NCBI GenBank assembly: GCA_963842525.1 | Contig: CAWJGT010000009.1 | Span: 1,280,001 to 1,344,000 of the forward strand | DNA length: 64,000 nt | DNA from: an uncultured Holophagales bacterium | GTDB lineage: Bacteria > Acidobacteriota > Thermoanaerobaculia > Multivoradales > UBA5704 | Reading direction: 5' to 3' | Shown: one piece after another, positions 21,420 to 31,779 of the stretch | Layout: each line of letters opens with the position of its first letter | Position numbering within the stretch: the stretch's first letter is position 1 | Position numbers and translations under genes: made by a program | The notes under the pieces: generated by a model | Told to the model about the DNA's origin: nothing | Database searches by the model: none | The model's input: the letters and a program-made list of their open reading frames with translations, nothing else

Positions 21420-22133
21420 GTGCATCTCCCGCCCGGCGTGCGCGCGGTCCTGACGGACATCGAAGGGACCACGACACCGCTCTCCTTCGTGCATGACGTC
21501 CTCTTCCCGTACGCCAGGCGGCGCCTCGACGCCGCCTGCGTCTCGGGAGAGCCGCGCTTCGCCGAGTCCCTCCGTCTCCTGCGGGAGGAATACGAGGCGG
21601 AGAAGCAGGCTGGTGCCGATCTACCGGCTTTCGGCGACGATGGGGACATCGCCCCCTATGCCCACTGGCTGATGGACCAGGACCGCAAGTCGACCGGCCT
21701 CAAGATGCTCCAGGGCATCCTCTGGCAGGACGGCTACCGCGCGGGCGAGCTGCAAGGTCAGGTTTGGCCCGACGTGGCCGAGGCCCTGCGCGCATGGAAG
21801 GAGCGGGGGATCCGCGCCCGGGTCTTCTCCTCCGGCAGCGTCCTCGCCCAGAAGCTCCTCTTCGGCCACAGCGACCAGGGAGACCTCCTCCCGTTTTTCG
21901 AAGGCTTTCACGACACCACCACCGGTCCCAAGCAGAAGCCCGCCGCCTACGCCGCCATCGCCGAGTCCTTCGGCCTCCCGCCCGGCGAGATCCTCTTCCT
22001 GAGCGACATCGTCGCCGAGCTCGACGCCGCCCGTGACGCCGGCATGCAGACCGGCTTCTTCACCCGTCCCGGCAACCGGCCGGCGGAGGCGGGGGAGCAT
22101 GCGGTTTATGGGAGCTTCAGGGAGCTGGTGTAG
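21420..22133 (+). CDS. mtnC: Acireductone synthase (enolase-phosphatase E1)
   Basis: DIEGTT, FVHDVLFPYA, DRKSTGLKMLQG, SSGSV, FLSD motifs; GTG start. Confidence 0.93.
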   Translation: MHLPPGVRAVLTDIEGTTTPLSFVHDVLFPYARRRLDAACVSGEPRFAESLRLLREEYEAEKQAGADLPAFGDDGDIAPYAHWLMDQDRKSTGLKMLQGILWQDGYRAGELQGQVWPDVAEALRAWKERGIRARVFSSGSVLAQKLLFGHSDQGDLLPFFEGFHDTTTGPKQKPAAYAAIAESFGLPPGEILFLSDIVAELDAARDAGMQTGFFTRPGNRPAEAGEHAVYGSFRELV

Positions 22134-22491
22134 GACGGCCTACCACCGCCAGCCCCTCGCCCGCGGCGAAGGCGGCCGGCAGCTCCGGGAGCGCGGCCAC
22201 GATGCAACGGAGATCATGTCCGGGAACAAAGATGAGGGCAACAGCCGCGATCCAGAGAGCCTCTTCGAGCTCTGTGAAGAAGAGGGTATAGGGGAAGCGA
22301 CGAACGAGAGCTTTTCGAGTGGCCCGCCGATCGTACAGAGGGAACTCCCGCGGATTCCGTTGCATCCGCAGAACCGTGGTCTCTACCTCGATCCGGAGCT
22401 CGCGGCCGAGCCCCGGCCTCTCGGCTTCGTAGTGCGCGACAGCTTCTTGGAGCTCGGCTTCAGCTTCCGAATGGAAGATGACGGGCTTCAC
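22117..22491 (-). CDS. RelE/ParE-family toxin (atypical C-terminus)
   Basis: VKPVIFHSEAEAELQEAVAHYE...PGLG...RRFPY; GTG overlaps the antitoxin stop codon. Confidence 0.8.
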   Translation of the reverse strand: MKPVIFHSEAEAELQEAVAHYEAERPGLGRELRIEVETTVLRMQRNPREFPLYDRRATRKALVRRFPYTLFFTELEEALWIAAVALIFVPGHDLRCIVAALPELPAAFAAGEGLAVVGRPTPAP

Positions 22492-22715
22492 GGATAGCGT
22501 TCGCGAAGCTCGGCGAAGACCTGTTCCGCTGGCCTGCCGGATGCTCGCCCGCCCTGGATCTCGTCCACACGCTTGGCGACCTCCGCATCCCACGCAGCAG
22601 CCGCCTCGATATCCTCGGGTTCCAGGGACTGGAGGAGGATGTAGGCGAGCTCAGCCCGCTCTGCTTGAGAAAGCTGCTCGGCTTGAGATTTGATCCTCTT
22701 GAAGACCTCGGTCAT
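22488..22715 (-). CDS. Addiction module antitoxin
   Basis: LSQAERAELAYILLQSL...AWDAEVAKR pattern; immediately upstream of the toxin. Confidence 0.85.
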   Translation of the reverse strand: MTEVFKRIKSQAEQLSQAERAELAYILLQSLEPEDIEAAAAWDAEVAKRVDEIQGGRASGRPAEQVFAELRERYP

Positions 22716-22879
22716 GGTGTCTCTCCATCTTCCTATTCTCTCACAATCTTCCCCGAAAAGACGACTGCTGCAACCCTCTGAACATTCCGCCCGCCCCGGG
22801 GTCTAGGGACCCTTCAGAACCGCACCCGTCGCGAGGACCTGCTCAGGCCGGCGAGCCGAGGTGCGGAAGGAGGGTTTCC

Positions 22880-23449
22880 ATGCGCAAGAATTTCGTCATC
22901 CTCGTCCTTTGTCTTCTGGTCTGTGCCGGCTGTTCGGTTAACCTCGGCCACAACCCGCTGCAGCCGGTCTCCCAGGGCCGGACCGGCGAGGTCCTGGTCA
23001 AGCAGAGTGCCGACGGCATGTCCAACCGGATCGGATGGGGGACCTTTACCGCCTTTGCCATCCCGGTGGCGCGGGTGACCGTGGACGGCAAGGCGGACGA
23101 AGGCCTCATGCTTCAGATCAAGTCGGGGCTGGAGCACATGGGCTACTCGGTGCGGGTGGTGCCCGACGAGTCCCAGGCCGCCGGCCTGCCGGTCGTCACC
23201 TGCCGCGTCAACAAGTTCAAGTTCCGCAACTACACCTGGTTCTTCCCCCTGGTCTTCAACTGGGGAAAGATCGACGTCGACATGACCCTCGCTTCAGGCG
23301 ACGGTCCGGTCTGGCAGAAGAACATCGTCGGCAAGGCGAGCGGCTTCTACAGCTTCGAGAAGACCGTCAACAAGGCGCTGACCCGGGTCCTCGACCAGAT
23401 GGTCCAGGAGATGAGCGCGGCGCCAGTGAAGACCGCGGCCGGCTCCTGA
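22880..23449 (+). CDS. Hypothetical lipoprotein
   Basis: Signal peptide with lipobox CAGC; RBS ggaggg; typical codon usage. Confidence 0.75.
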   Translation: MRKNFVILVLCLLVCAGCSVNLGHNPLQPVSQGRTGEVLVKQSADGMSNRIGWGTFTAFAIPVARVTVDGKADEGLMLQIKSGLEHMGYSVRVVPDESQAAGLPVVTCRVNKFKFRNYTWFFPLVFNWGKIDVDMTLASGDGPVWQKNIVGKASGFYSFEKTVNKALTRVLDQMVQEMSAAPVKTAAGS

Positions 23450-23543
23450 GGCTTGCACCGCCTCGGCGTGAGAGCCTCGCGCCGAGGCGGCCCCCCGCCT
23501 GAGCCTCCCCGCCGCGAATCTTCCTCGCCTCCGACACAGGGGC

Positions 23544-23589
23544 TTGACAGCCACCTGCGACATCTGTAGCATGCTACATATGTCGCAGG
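23544..23589 (+). promoter_or_regulatory. Sigma70 promoter overlapped by a BlaI-type operator palindrome
   Basis: TTGACA(23544)-17 nt-TAGCAT(23567); 36-bp near-perfect palindrome at 23554-23589 containing GACAtcTGTA and TACAtaTGTC, which resemble the TACA-NN-TGTA box. Confidence 0.82.
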
Positions 23590-23599
23590 GAGCTACGGA

Positions 23600-23995
23600 A
23601 TGGCACGATTGACCGGACAGGAGCTGAGCCGCCGCGAGCGGCAGATCCTGGACGCGCTCTTCGAGCTTGGAGAGGCGTCGGCGGAGGAGGTGCGGCAGCG
23701 GTTGCCGGACCCGCCGAGCTATTCGGCGGTGCGGGTGATGCTGACGCGGCTGGAGAAGAAGGGCGCCGTGCGCCACCGCGAGGAGGGGCTGCGCTACATC
23801 TATGCCCCGGCGGTCTCCAAGGCCCGGGAGCGCCGCTCCGCCCTCTCCCGGCTGGTCCGCACGTTCTTCGGCGGCTCGACCGCCGAAGCCATCACGGCCC
23901 TCCTCGACACCGCGGAGGACCTCTCGGACGAAGAGCTCGACCGGCTGGTCGCCGCCATCGAAGACACCAAAGAGAAGCGGAAGGAGGATGCATGA
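23600..23995 (+). CDS. BlaI/MecI/CopY family transcriptional repressor
   Basis: LSRRERQILDAL, SYSAVRVMLTRLEKKG, RYIY, TFFGGS, LSDEELDRL motifs. Confidence 0.93.
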   Translation: MARLTGQELSRRERQILDALFELGEASAEEVRQRLPDPPSYSAVRVMLTRLEKKGAVRHREEGLRYIYAPAVSKARERRSALSRLVRTFFGGSTAEAITALLDTAEDLSDEELDRLVAAIEDTKEKRKEDA

Positions 23996-25711
23996 GCCCC
24001 CAGACGTTCGCACTGGAAATCCCGTCGATGGCCCTTGAAGTCGCGGTGAAGGGAGCCTTGATCGCCCTTGCCGCTCTGGCTGCGGTCGTCGTCCTGCGCC
24101 GCGCGTCGGCCGCCAGCCGGCACCTGGTGCTCGCACTGACCACGGCCGCCCTGCTGCTGCTGCCGTTGCTGGCGGCAGTTGTTCCGTCCCGCGAGATCGC
24201 GGTCCTGCCGGAAGTCTCGAATGAGCCGGCGGCCGTGACCGTCGTGGGCCCGGTCAAGGAGGCTCCCGAGCCCGTCCCTGGAGGCCGTGGCCCCACCTGT
24301 CGTAGCCACCCCGGCGAGGCAGAGCCTCCCTGCCAACCTTCCGGCCGCGGTCGTCCTCGCCCTTCTGGCGCTGGCGGTCTCGGGGCTGCTCCTGGCGCGC
24401 CTGCTCCTGGCGATGCGACGGCTCGCCGGGCTCGCGGCCGACTCTGTCCCCGCGTCCCCTGAGTGGCTGCGGCTCCTCGACGAGCAGCGGCAGCGGTTTG
24501 GGATCGCGCAAGCGGTGCGCCTCGGCATCTCCGCGGCGGTCGCCGTGCCGGTCACGTTTGGCTGGCGGCGTCCCGTGGTGCTGATGCCGGAGGCAGCCCG
24601 CGGCTGGGGTGACGAGCAGCTCCGCGAGGTCCTGGTCCACGAGCTCGCCCATGTGCGGCGGCGCGACTGGCTGCTGCAATTGGCCGCCCGTTTCGCTTGT
24701 GCCCTCCACTGGTTCAATCCCCTGGTCTGGCTGCTCTCGCGGCGGCTGCGGCTGGAGGCCGAGCTCGCGTGCGACGACCAGGTGCTGCGGGCCGGCGCGG
24801 GCGCCACGGGGTATGCGGAACGACTGGTGGTCCTCGCCCGGCAGGTCCGGAACGCGGCGCGCCATCCCTCGATGGCCACGGCCATCGCCCGCCCGTCCGG
24901 CCTGGCGAGCCGGGTCACGGCCCTCCTCGACCCTGAGCGCCGCCGTGGCGGGCCCGGCCGCCTCACCATCGCCGGGGCTGTGGCAGCAGCCTTGTTGCTG
25001 CTGGCGTTGGTCGTCCCCGCGCACCTGGTGCGGGCGGAGACCAAGTACGAGCGGGACGTACGGCTGGGCGCGCAGAGAGGGGTCGCGGACGGCGTGCGGG
25101 GTGGCGTCGAGGGCGGTGTTCGGGGAGGCGTCGAAGGTGGCGTGCAAGGAGGCGTCGAGGGAGGCGTGCAGGGCGGCGTTCTCGACGGGATCGAGCAAGG
25201 GAAGCAGGAGGCCCTGATCGAGGCCGCGGAGCACGGAGATCTCGAGTCCGTCCGCTTTCTCCTGGAGAAGGGCGCCGATCCTAACGGGGCTGTCCTGGGC
25301 GACGGCTCGCCCCTCATCGCCGCCGCTGGGAAGGGGAGCCAGGACATCGTCGAGCTGCTGCTGGAGAAGGGCGCCCGCCTTGATCTCGCCGTACCCGGGG
25401 ATGGCAGCCCTCTCATCGCGGCAGCAGCAGCAGGGCGGGTCGCCGTCGTCCAGCAGCTCCTCGCCGCCGGCGCCACCGTGGACCTCGTGGTCCCGGGCGA
25501 CGAAAACCCGCTGATCCAGGCCTCGGCCAACGGCCGGCTGGAGGTGGTGCGTATACTGCTCGATGCCGGTGCTGATCCCAATATGCGGGTGGTGGAAGAC
25601 CGTTCCCCTGCCCATCCAAAAGGCGACCTGCGCACGCCGTTGCGCATGGCGCGCCGCGGGGGCCATGAGGCCGTGGTGCGGCTCCTCCAGGAGCGCGGAG
25701 CCAGGGAATAG
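23992..25711 (+). CDS. BlaR1-like M56 metallopeptidase with a GGV repeat linker and C-terminal ankyrin repeats (frameshift near 24280)
   Basis: SAASRHLV, HELAHVRRRD, WFNPLVW, ELACDD; (GGVE/Q/R)n; ankyrin repeats SPLIAAA...GADPN. Confidence 0.88.
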
Positions 25712-25718
25712 AGGAACC

Positions 25719-27980
25719 ATGACAGCATATCGAATCCGGAGGGCGCCGGCCGCCCTCCTCGCCTTCACTCTGTCTCTTGGAGGCGCCGTTGCCGGCCGCG
25801 CCCAGACGCCCTTGCCGAGCCCCGAGGCTCCTCCGGCACGCCTTCAGGTCTCCCGGGCCACCTCGCCGGTCCATGTCGACGGCACCCTGGAGGAGCCGGC
25901 CTGGCAGGGGGCCACGGCCATCCCACTCCCGTACGAGTGGTACCCCGGCGACAACGTCCCGGCGCCGGTGACCACGACCGCCTTCGTCACCTATGACGAC
26001 GAGCATTTCTACGTGGCCTTCCGGGCCACCGACCCGGAGCCCTCGAAGATCCGCGCCCGCTTTGCCGACCGGGACGGCGCCGGCGTCGACGACACGGTCG
26101 GATTCATGATCGATCCGTTCCACGACGGCCGCCGGGCCTTCCAGTTCAGGGTCAACCCCGCGGGTGTGCAGATGGACGCCGTCAACTCCGACGTCGAGGG
26201 GACCGAGGACTTCTCCTGGGATGCCATCTGGGAGTCCGCTGCCCGCATCACCGCCGAGGGCTACGAGGTGGAGATCGCGATCCCCTTCCGCCAGCTCCGC
26301 TTCCCGGCCTCCGGGCTCCCCCAGACCTGGGGCTTCATGGCGATGCGGGATTGGCCCCGCTCGTTGCGCCACCGCCTGCGCTCCATCTTGACCGACCAGG
26401 ACCGCAACTGCCTGGTCTGCCAGCTCCAGGAGCTCGCCGGGTTCGAGCGGATGGAGACCGGCCGCAACCTGGAGATCGCTCCCACCATCACCGGCAGCCG
26501 GTCCGAGGAGAGGGCCGGAGAGACGCTGGGTTCTTTCGAGACCGGCGACGAGCAGTTGGAGCCAGGCGTCTCTGCCCGCTGGGGCATCACTCCCAACGTC
26601 TCCCTGAACGCCACCATCAACCCCGATTTCTCGCAGGTCGAAGCCGACGCGGCCCAGCTCGACGTCAACGAGCGCTTCGCCCTCTTCTTCCCGGAAAAGC
26701 GTCCGTTCTTTCTGGAAGGGGCGGACTTCTTCGAGACCCAATTCCCCCTGGTCTTCACCCGCACCGTGGCCGATCCGGTCGCCGGGATCAAGATCACGGG
26801 CAAACAGGATGCTCACGCCTTCGGCGGCTTCTTCGCCCAGGACCGGATCAACAACCTGATCCTTCCCGGGGCGCAGTCCTCGCGCCTCACCTCTCTCGAC
26901 CAGGACGTCACCAGCGGGGTGCTGCGCTACCGGCGCGACCTGGGGAAGACCTCGACCCTGGGAGCATTGTGGACCGGGCGGGAAGCCGAGGACTACCGCA
27001 ACCACGTAGGTGGGCTCGACGGCGTCTACCGTTTCACCGACAGCGACGTCCTGCGCTACCAGCTCGCCGGCTCCACCACCCGCTATCCGGACGCCTTGGC
27101 CAGCCAGACCGGAGAGCCCGCAGGGAGCTTCGAGGGGCACGCCCTCTCCATGACCTACCGGCATGGGGATCGAAACTGGAGCTGGTCCGGCAGCTATCAG
27201 GAGCTCGCCCCCGAATTCCGGGGAGACAGCGGCTTCGTCAACCGCGTGGGGGTGCGGAGCGGCAGCGCCTGGGCGGAACGGCGCATCCGGGGCGGGGAGA
27301 AGAGCTGGTTCTCGAACCTCTATCTCTTCGCCGGCGTCGACGGCACCCGCGAGTACGACGGCGCCTTCAACGAATGGGGCTCGGACTTCGTGCTCACCTA
27401 CAACGGGCCGCGGCAGAGCGCCGCCAACCTCGGCGTCGCGCCGAACCAGGAGCACTTCCAGGGCGTCACCTATCACAATACCCGCTACAGCGCCTCGGCG
27501 CAGATCCAGCCCACGGGCGACTCGGAGCTGAGCCTGTCCGTGCGCTGGGGAGAGGCCATCGATTTCGCCAACAACCGGCAGGCGGACTTCGTCACCATCA
27601 CCCCGAGCCTGAGCCTCAAGCTGGGCCGCCGCCTCCAGGGCACGCTCGATTGGACCCGCCAGACCTTCGACGTCGCGGGCGGGCGCCTCTTCACCGTCGA
27701 CCTCACGCAGACCCGCCTCTTCTATCACTTCAACAACCGGAGCTTCCTGCGCGCGATCCTGCAATACGAGCAGTTGGACCGCGACCCGGCCCTCTACACC
27801 GTGCCCGTGGACCGCACACGGGACGAGCTGCTGTCCCAACTCCTCTTCTCCTACCGCCTGAACGCCCAGACCGTCCTCCTGGTGGGCTATTCGGACAACC
27901 ACCTGGGTCTCGACACGGTCGATCTCACGCAGACCGACCGCACGGTCTTCCTGAAGCTCGGCTACGCGTTCCTGCTGTAG
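25719..27980 (+). CDS. Secreted CBM9-like / DUF5916 outer-membrane protein
   Basis: Signal peptide; VDGTLEEPAW, EIAIPFRQLRF, NPDFSQVEAD, FPEKRPFFLEG; C-terminal beta-strand FLKLGYAFLL. Confidence 0.85.
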   Translation: MTAYRIRRAPAALLAFTLSLGGAVAGRAQTPLPSPEAPPARLQVSRATSPVHVDGTLEEPAWQGATAIPLPYEWYPGDNVPAPVTTTAFVTYDDEHFYVAFRATDPEPSKIRARFADRDGAGVDDTVGFMIDPFHDGRRAFQFRVNPAGVQMDAVNSDVEGTEDFSWDAIWESAARITAEGYEVEIAIPFRQLRFPASGLPQTWGFMAMRDWPRSLRHRLRSILTDQDRNCLVCQLQELAGFERMETGRNLEIAPTITGSRSEERAGETLGSFETGDEQLEPGVSARWGITPNVSLNATINPDFSQVEADAAQLDVNERFALFFPEKRPFFLEGADFFETQFPLVFTRTVADPVAGIKITGKQDAHAFGGFFAQDRINNLILPGAQSSRLTSLDQDVTSGVLRYRRDLGKTSTLGALWTGREAEDYRNHVGGLDGVYRFTDSDVLRYQLAGSTTRYPDALASQTGEPAGSFEGHALSMTYRHGDRNWSWSGSYQELAPEFRGDSGFVNRVGVRSGSAWAERRIRGGEKSWFSNLYLFAGVDGTREYDGAFNEWGSDFVLTYNGPRQSAANLGVAPNQEHFQGVTYHNTRYSASAQIQPTGDSELSLSVRWGEAIDFANNRQADFVTITPSLSLKLGRRLQGTLDWTRQTFDVAGGRLFTVDLTQTRLFYHFNNRSFLRAILQYEQLDRDPALYTVPVDRTRDELLSQLLFSYRLNAQTVLLVGYSDNHLGLDTVDLTQTDRTVFLKLGYAFLL

Positions 27981-28032
27981 GACATGGGATCGGAATAAGC
28001 GGCGCGCGGCCGGCCCCGGGCCGCCGACGACA

Positions 28033-28270
28033 TCACATTCCATCTGCCGGCGCGGCGGCCGGGAAGTCAGGGCAGGTACTGCGGTAGCTCTCGTTGCCGA
28101 GATTCTGGTTCCACTCGTCGCGCGTGAGGTTGCGGCCGGCCATGCGGCAGGCAAGGTCGCGCAGCTCGTCGAGGTGCAGGCGCCAGCGGCGGACGGTGCC
28201 GTCGGCGCTGCCGGTGAAGAGGAAGCGGCTCTCCGGATCGAAGGCCAGAGTCTGGACGGCGCCGGAGCGA
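28033..28270 (-). pseudogene. 3' remnant of a WD40-repeat (STAND-type) gene
   Basis: VQTLAFDPESRFLFTGSADGTVRRW followed by LACRMAGRNLTRDEW...YRSTCP; no 5' part present. Confidence 0.7.
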
Positions 28271-28279
28271 TCGGAAGAT

Positions 28280-29981
28280 CGGGCAGTAAGCCCGGTGGTT
28301 CCCGGCCGGCCGGCAGCTTTCCAGGTAGTGATTGGAAGAGGGGGCGGCCTAAGGGTGGACCTGGCAGTCCTGACACTGGAATTCAACAAAAAAGTCCTTC
28401 CGCTCGACGGCTTCGAGCAGGACGGCACTGCCTTCACCAAAACCCTTGACATCGCGGCGCGCGAGGAGAGACTTCCGATCGCCGTCACCATCGACCCTGG
28501 AGAACGAGGCCAGCTTGAGGTCACCGCTTCGATCGAAGCGCCGGCCGGGTTCGTAGATCCGCAGCTCGAAAACAACAGCGTGACGCTGGACGCTGGCTCT
28601 CTCACACCCGTGGTGAACTTCGAGGTCACGGTCAGCTCTGGCCCAACCTGGGTGCCGGGGACGCGAGTCACCTACACGGTAACGGTCCATTCTAAGGGCC
28701 CAAGCTCCCTGCGCAACGTCACCCTGACGAACACCTTCGATCCGCCGCGGAATGCCAGGATCGTTGAAAGCCTGCCTGGGAGCATTGCGGAAATCCGGCC
28801 TAGGAGCACTGACCAATTCAAGGTGGTTGCGGCGATTGTGCAGACCGCAGTTGGAAACCTGAGCTACACGGCGAAAGCCAGCTCGGAGGGACGGTCAAGC
28901 TCGGCGACCTCCACGAAGCTTCTCAAGCCGAAGGTCGACGTCGCAGCCAACTTCATAAAAACTCCATCGATGCGATACCAGGCAATCTCCTCCCGGTGAC
29001 CTACGAGCTTCGAGTGACGAACAAGAACGGCCCGAGCGCCGCGCTCGGTGCCAAGGTTGAAGTCCTTTTCCCTCCCATGCTTACTACCGTTCACTGGACC
29101 TGCATGGCCAAGCAGCAGGCATCTTGCATCAGCGACCAATCCCTCGGCACGGGAAGCTCAGGGAGATGGCAACATTGCTTCAACAGTGGATCTCTTGCGG
29201 GGCGACCAAGGAGAGCTGCGCTACACAATCCAGGGCCGGATTCCAGCGGACGTGGTCAAGGACTTCTCCTTCGGTGCTTCCGTAAGCTTTCTCGGGAGCG
29301 TCACCACCACTCCCGAGAAGATGACGACCACGGTTCATCCTACGGCGGATCTCTCTGTTGCGATGAGTGACCTGAACGTCATCCCAGGCAGTCCCCTACC
29401 CGCGACCTTTACGATTCAGGTTGCCAACGCTGGACCGAGCGATGCGCGGAGAGTGAAAGTCACCACCGACGCTCCCCCGCGCAGCCTTACCGCAGTGACC
29501 TGGACCTGCGCGGCCCTCAACGGCTCGTGCACGCCGAGCGGAACTGTAAGAATCGACGACGATATCAATCTCCGCGCGGGCGGCTCTGCGACCTACACTC
29601 TCCGCGTCGTCGCCGACCCCGGCGCCCGTGGGAAATCGAAATTACAAGGCGATGGTCGAGACACCCGAGCCCCTCAACGGGGAGGCCAGGCTGACAGACC
29701 CCAGGCCCGACAACAACAAACGCACGACGGTGATCCGCTTCACTCCCGTGGCAGACCTGGCCATCACAGTGACCGACGGCCAGACGACCGCCGTCCCCGG
29801 CAATCCACTTCCGCTCGTCTACACGATCCGTGTCACCAATGGCGGGCCGAGCGACGTGCATGGCGCAACAGTGGTTGACACATTCCCATCCCAACTCACC
29901 CGGGTCTCCTGGACCTGCGAAGCCCTCCGCGGTTCCTGCGCGCCTTCCGGCCAGGGAAACATCAACGACTCGATCAGTTAG
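28280..29981 (+). pseudogene. DUF11-repeat surface protein fragment (several frameshifts, no clear start or sorting tail)
   Basis: Repeated units ADLAIT/VTNGGPSD/WTC...SC/DPxPDNN over ORFs 28094, 28996, 29048 and 29628; lower GC than the flanks. Confidence 0.7.
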
Positions 29982-30014
29982 ACGGCAGTAGAAGTACCAC
30001 CGTGAGCAACTGGG

Positions 30015-30296
30015 TGGTGTGGGGGAGGTCGTTGCGAAAAGCCGCGGTAGTGGTAACGGCGAGAGTGTTGCGGGCGAGACGCCCGCGGTCCCAGGGGGTG
30101 GCGATGTCAGCAGGGTGAAGGCCGGCGGGCTTTTCCCTGGGACCGCGGGCGTCTCGCCCGCTCTCCTCTCACCAACCTTCACGTTACCGTCCCCTGTCTC
30201 CACTCCGGCCAAGCCAGGTTTGGTGGCGTGGGGGAGGTCGTTGCGAAAGCCCAGCGGTAGTGGGAACGGTGAGTGTGTTGCGGGCGGGACGCCCGC
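30015..30296. repeat. REP cluster downstream of the RAYT gene
   Basis: REP tgttgcgggcgagacgcccgcggtcccaggg at 30066-30096, inverted copy at 30135-30161, partial copy at ~30277-30296; ~70-bp direct repeat at ~30015 and ~30223. Confidence 0.88.
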
Positions 30297-30303
30297 CTTC
30301 TTC

Positions 30304-30960
30304 CTACCGTTCCCGTTCCCCTGCACTGCTCCATCGCCACTCCTCCGGCGTCGCAACCAGCCCCGCCTTGACCGGATTGTCTTCAACATAGGCAATCACA
30401 CGGGCCAGGTGGTCATCGTCGCGGACGAACCGATCGTAGTAATCCTCCATCCAAAACACGCCGGAACGGCCGAGCACATCGTTGGCCGCTTTCGCGGTGT
30501 AGGATTTCCAGGAGTGGACGATTGTATCGAGTGGATAGCCTTCCACGCATTCGCAGACGACGTGGGCGTGATTGGGCATGATGCACCAGGCCAGCAGCCG
30601 ATAGCGTTCCCCATCGAAGTGGAGGAGAGCGTCTTCGACGAGCCTGGCGATCCTGGCCCGGCGGAGCCAGCACTGGCCGTGGCCGGCGTCTTCATAACGG
30701 TCCAGCCGGCGGCGGAGTGCGATGGCGGCGCGATCGGTTGCGGGAAGCCCTTCGCGCCAGCCAAGCTCTTTCCTCCAGCGTTCGATCAGGTCGGAGGGCA
30801 CGGAATCGTGCAGGCGAATGGTGATGCTCTGGAACAAGCCGGGCTGATCGACGTGGGGGAGGTAGCCGCGAGAATGCCAGCCCTTGTGGGGATGGGAAGG
30901 ATGTTGCGGGCGAGACGCCCGCGGTCCCAGGGGTGGTTCCGGGGGAGGCTTCTCGAGCAC
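30304..30960 (-). mobile_element. REP-associated tyrosine (Y1 HUH) transposase, RAYT-like
   Basis: WHSRGYLPH, ITIRLHDS, HUH motif IMPNHAHVV, SWKSYTA, FWMEDYYDR, YVEDNPVKAGL, WRWSS; flanked by REPs (also at 30902-30931); start uncertain (GTG at 30960). Confidence 0.88.
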
Positions 30961-30962
30961 GC

Positions 30963-31634
30963 TCAGTTCTTCGACACCACAAAGCGGGTGGCGTCGCCGC
31001 GGTCGTGGGTCGTGGGATCGTCGGTCACGGCGTCGGCGTCGTTGGTGCCATCGGCGTTGCTGTCGTAGCGGAGCGTCCCCTGGCTCGCCAGGATCGCCTC
31101 GAAAGGCTCCACGCCGAGGCCGCCGACGGTCTGGCGCAGGTAGACGGTGCGCGCACCGCCGGGGCTGCGGCTTTCGCTCTGGATCTCCAGGTGCTCGACC
31201 TGGTCCGGGGCGAGGCCGTAGACGGCGCCGTGGGTGCGGAGGAAGCCGAGGACGATGGCTGCGCCGTCGCGGTCGGGCGCCGCCGGGGTGAGCGGGGTGC
31301 CGGCGGCGGAGACGACTTCGATGCCGCCGCCGATGGGGGAGGGCTCGATGCGGACGCCTGGGGCTGCGGTCTCCAGGCGGGCGGCGCCCTTCCGCATGCT
31401 CTGGCCCAGGGTTTGCGCGGAGGCGGTGATACGACGCACGGGGGCGCCGTAGGCTTCGGCGATCCGGGCGAGGTCGGTCTTGCCGAGGACCCGAACGTCG
31501 TAATGGCCGAGGAAGGCGTCGGCGGGAGCATTGCCCGGCAACGGTCCGGTCGCCGTTTTGGCGGCCGGCGCGAGGGCGAAGAGGGACAACGCGAGCAGAA
31601 GGGGGACGACGATTCGAAAGGACGTCTGGCGCAT
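30963..31634 (-). pseudogene. Secreted protein, probably an internally deleted propeptide-containing peptidase/surface protein
   Basis: Signal peptide plus FTP-propeptide-like segment (FLRTHGAVYGL...TVYLRQTVGGLGV) joined directly to SQGTLRYDSNADGTNDADAVTDDP; no catalytic domain. Confidence 0.5.
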
Positions 31635-31779
31635 GGTCTGGCCTCCCGAGGCCCACCTGGCAGAATTTCTCAGTGTATGATGAAAGTGTACTGCACGAAG
31701 GAGGCCGCGTCAACGGCCCTCGCCGCGGGATGGGCGAGGGCTCGTGCGCGTTGAGGGCGGAGCTGAGGCCGAGCCGGCT

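Noticed and set aside
28269-28278. gatcggaaga, matching the start of an Illumina adapter at the remnant junction
   Set aside because: Only a 10-nt match that diverges immediately, so it is compatible with chance and not enough to call contamination.
30304-31713. 469-aa ORF as the full transposase
   Set aside because: The N-terminal ~250 aa is an Arg/Pro-rich alternative frame of the upstream gene; only the last ~210 aa has transposase motifs.
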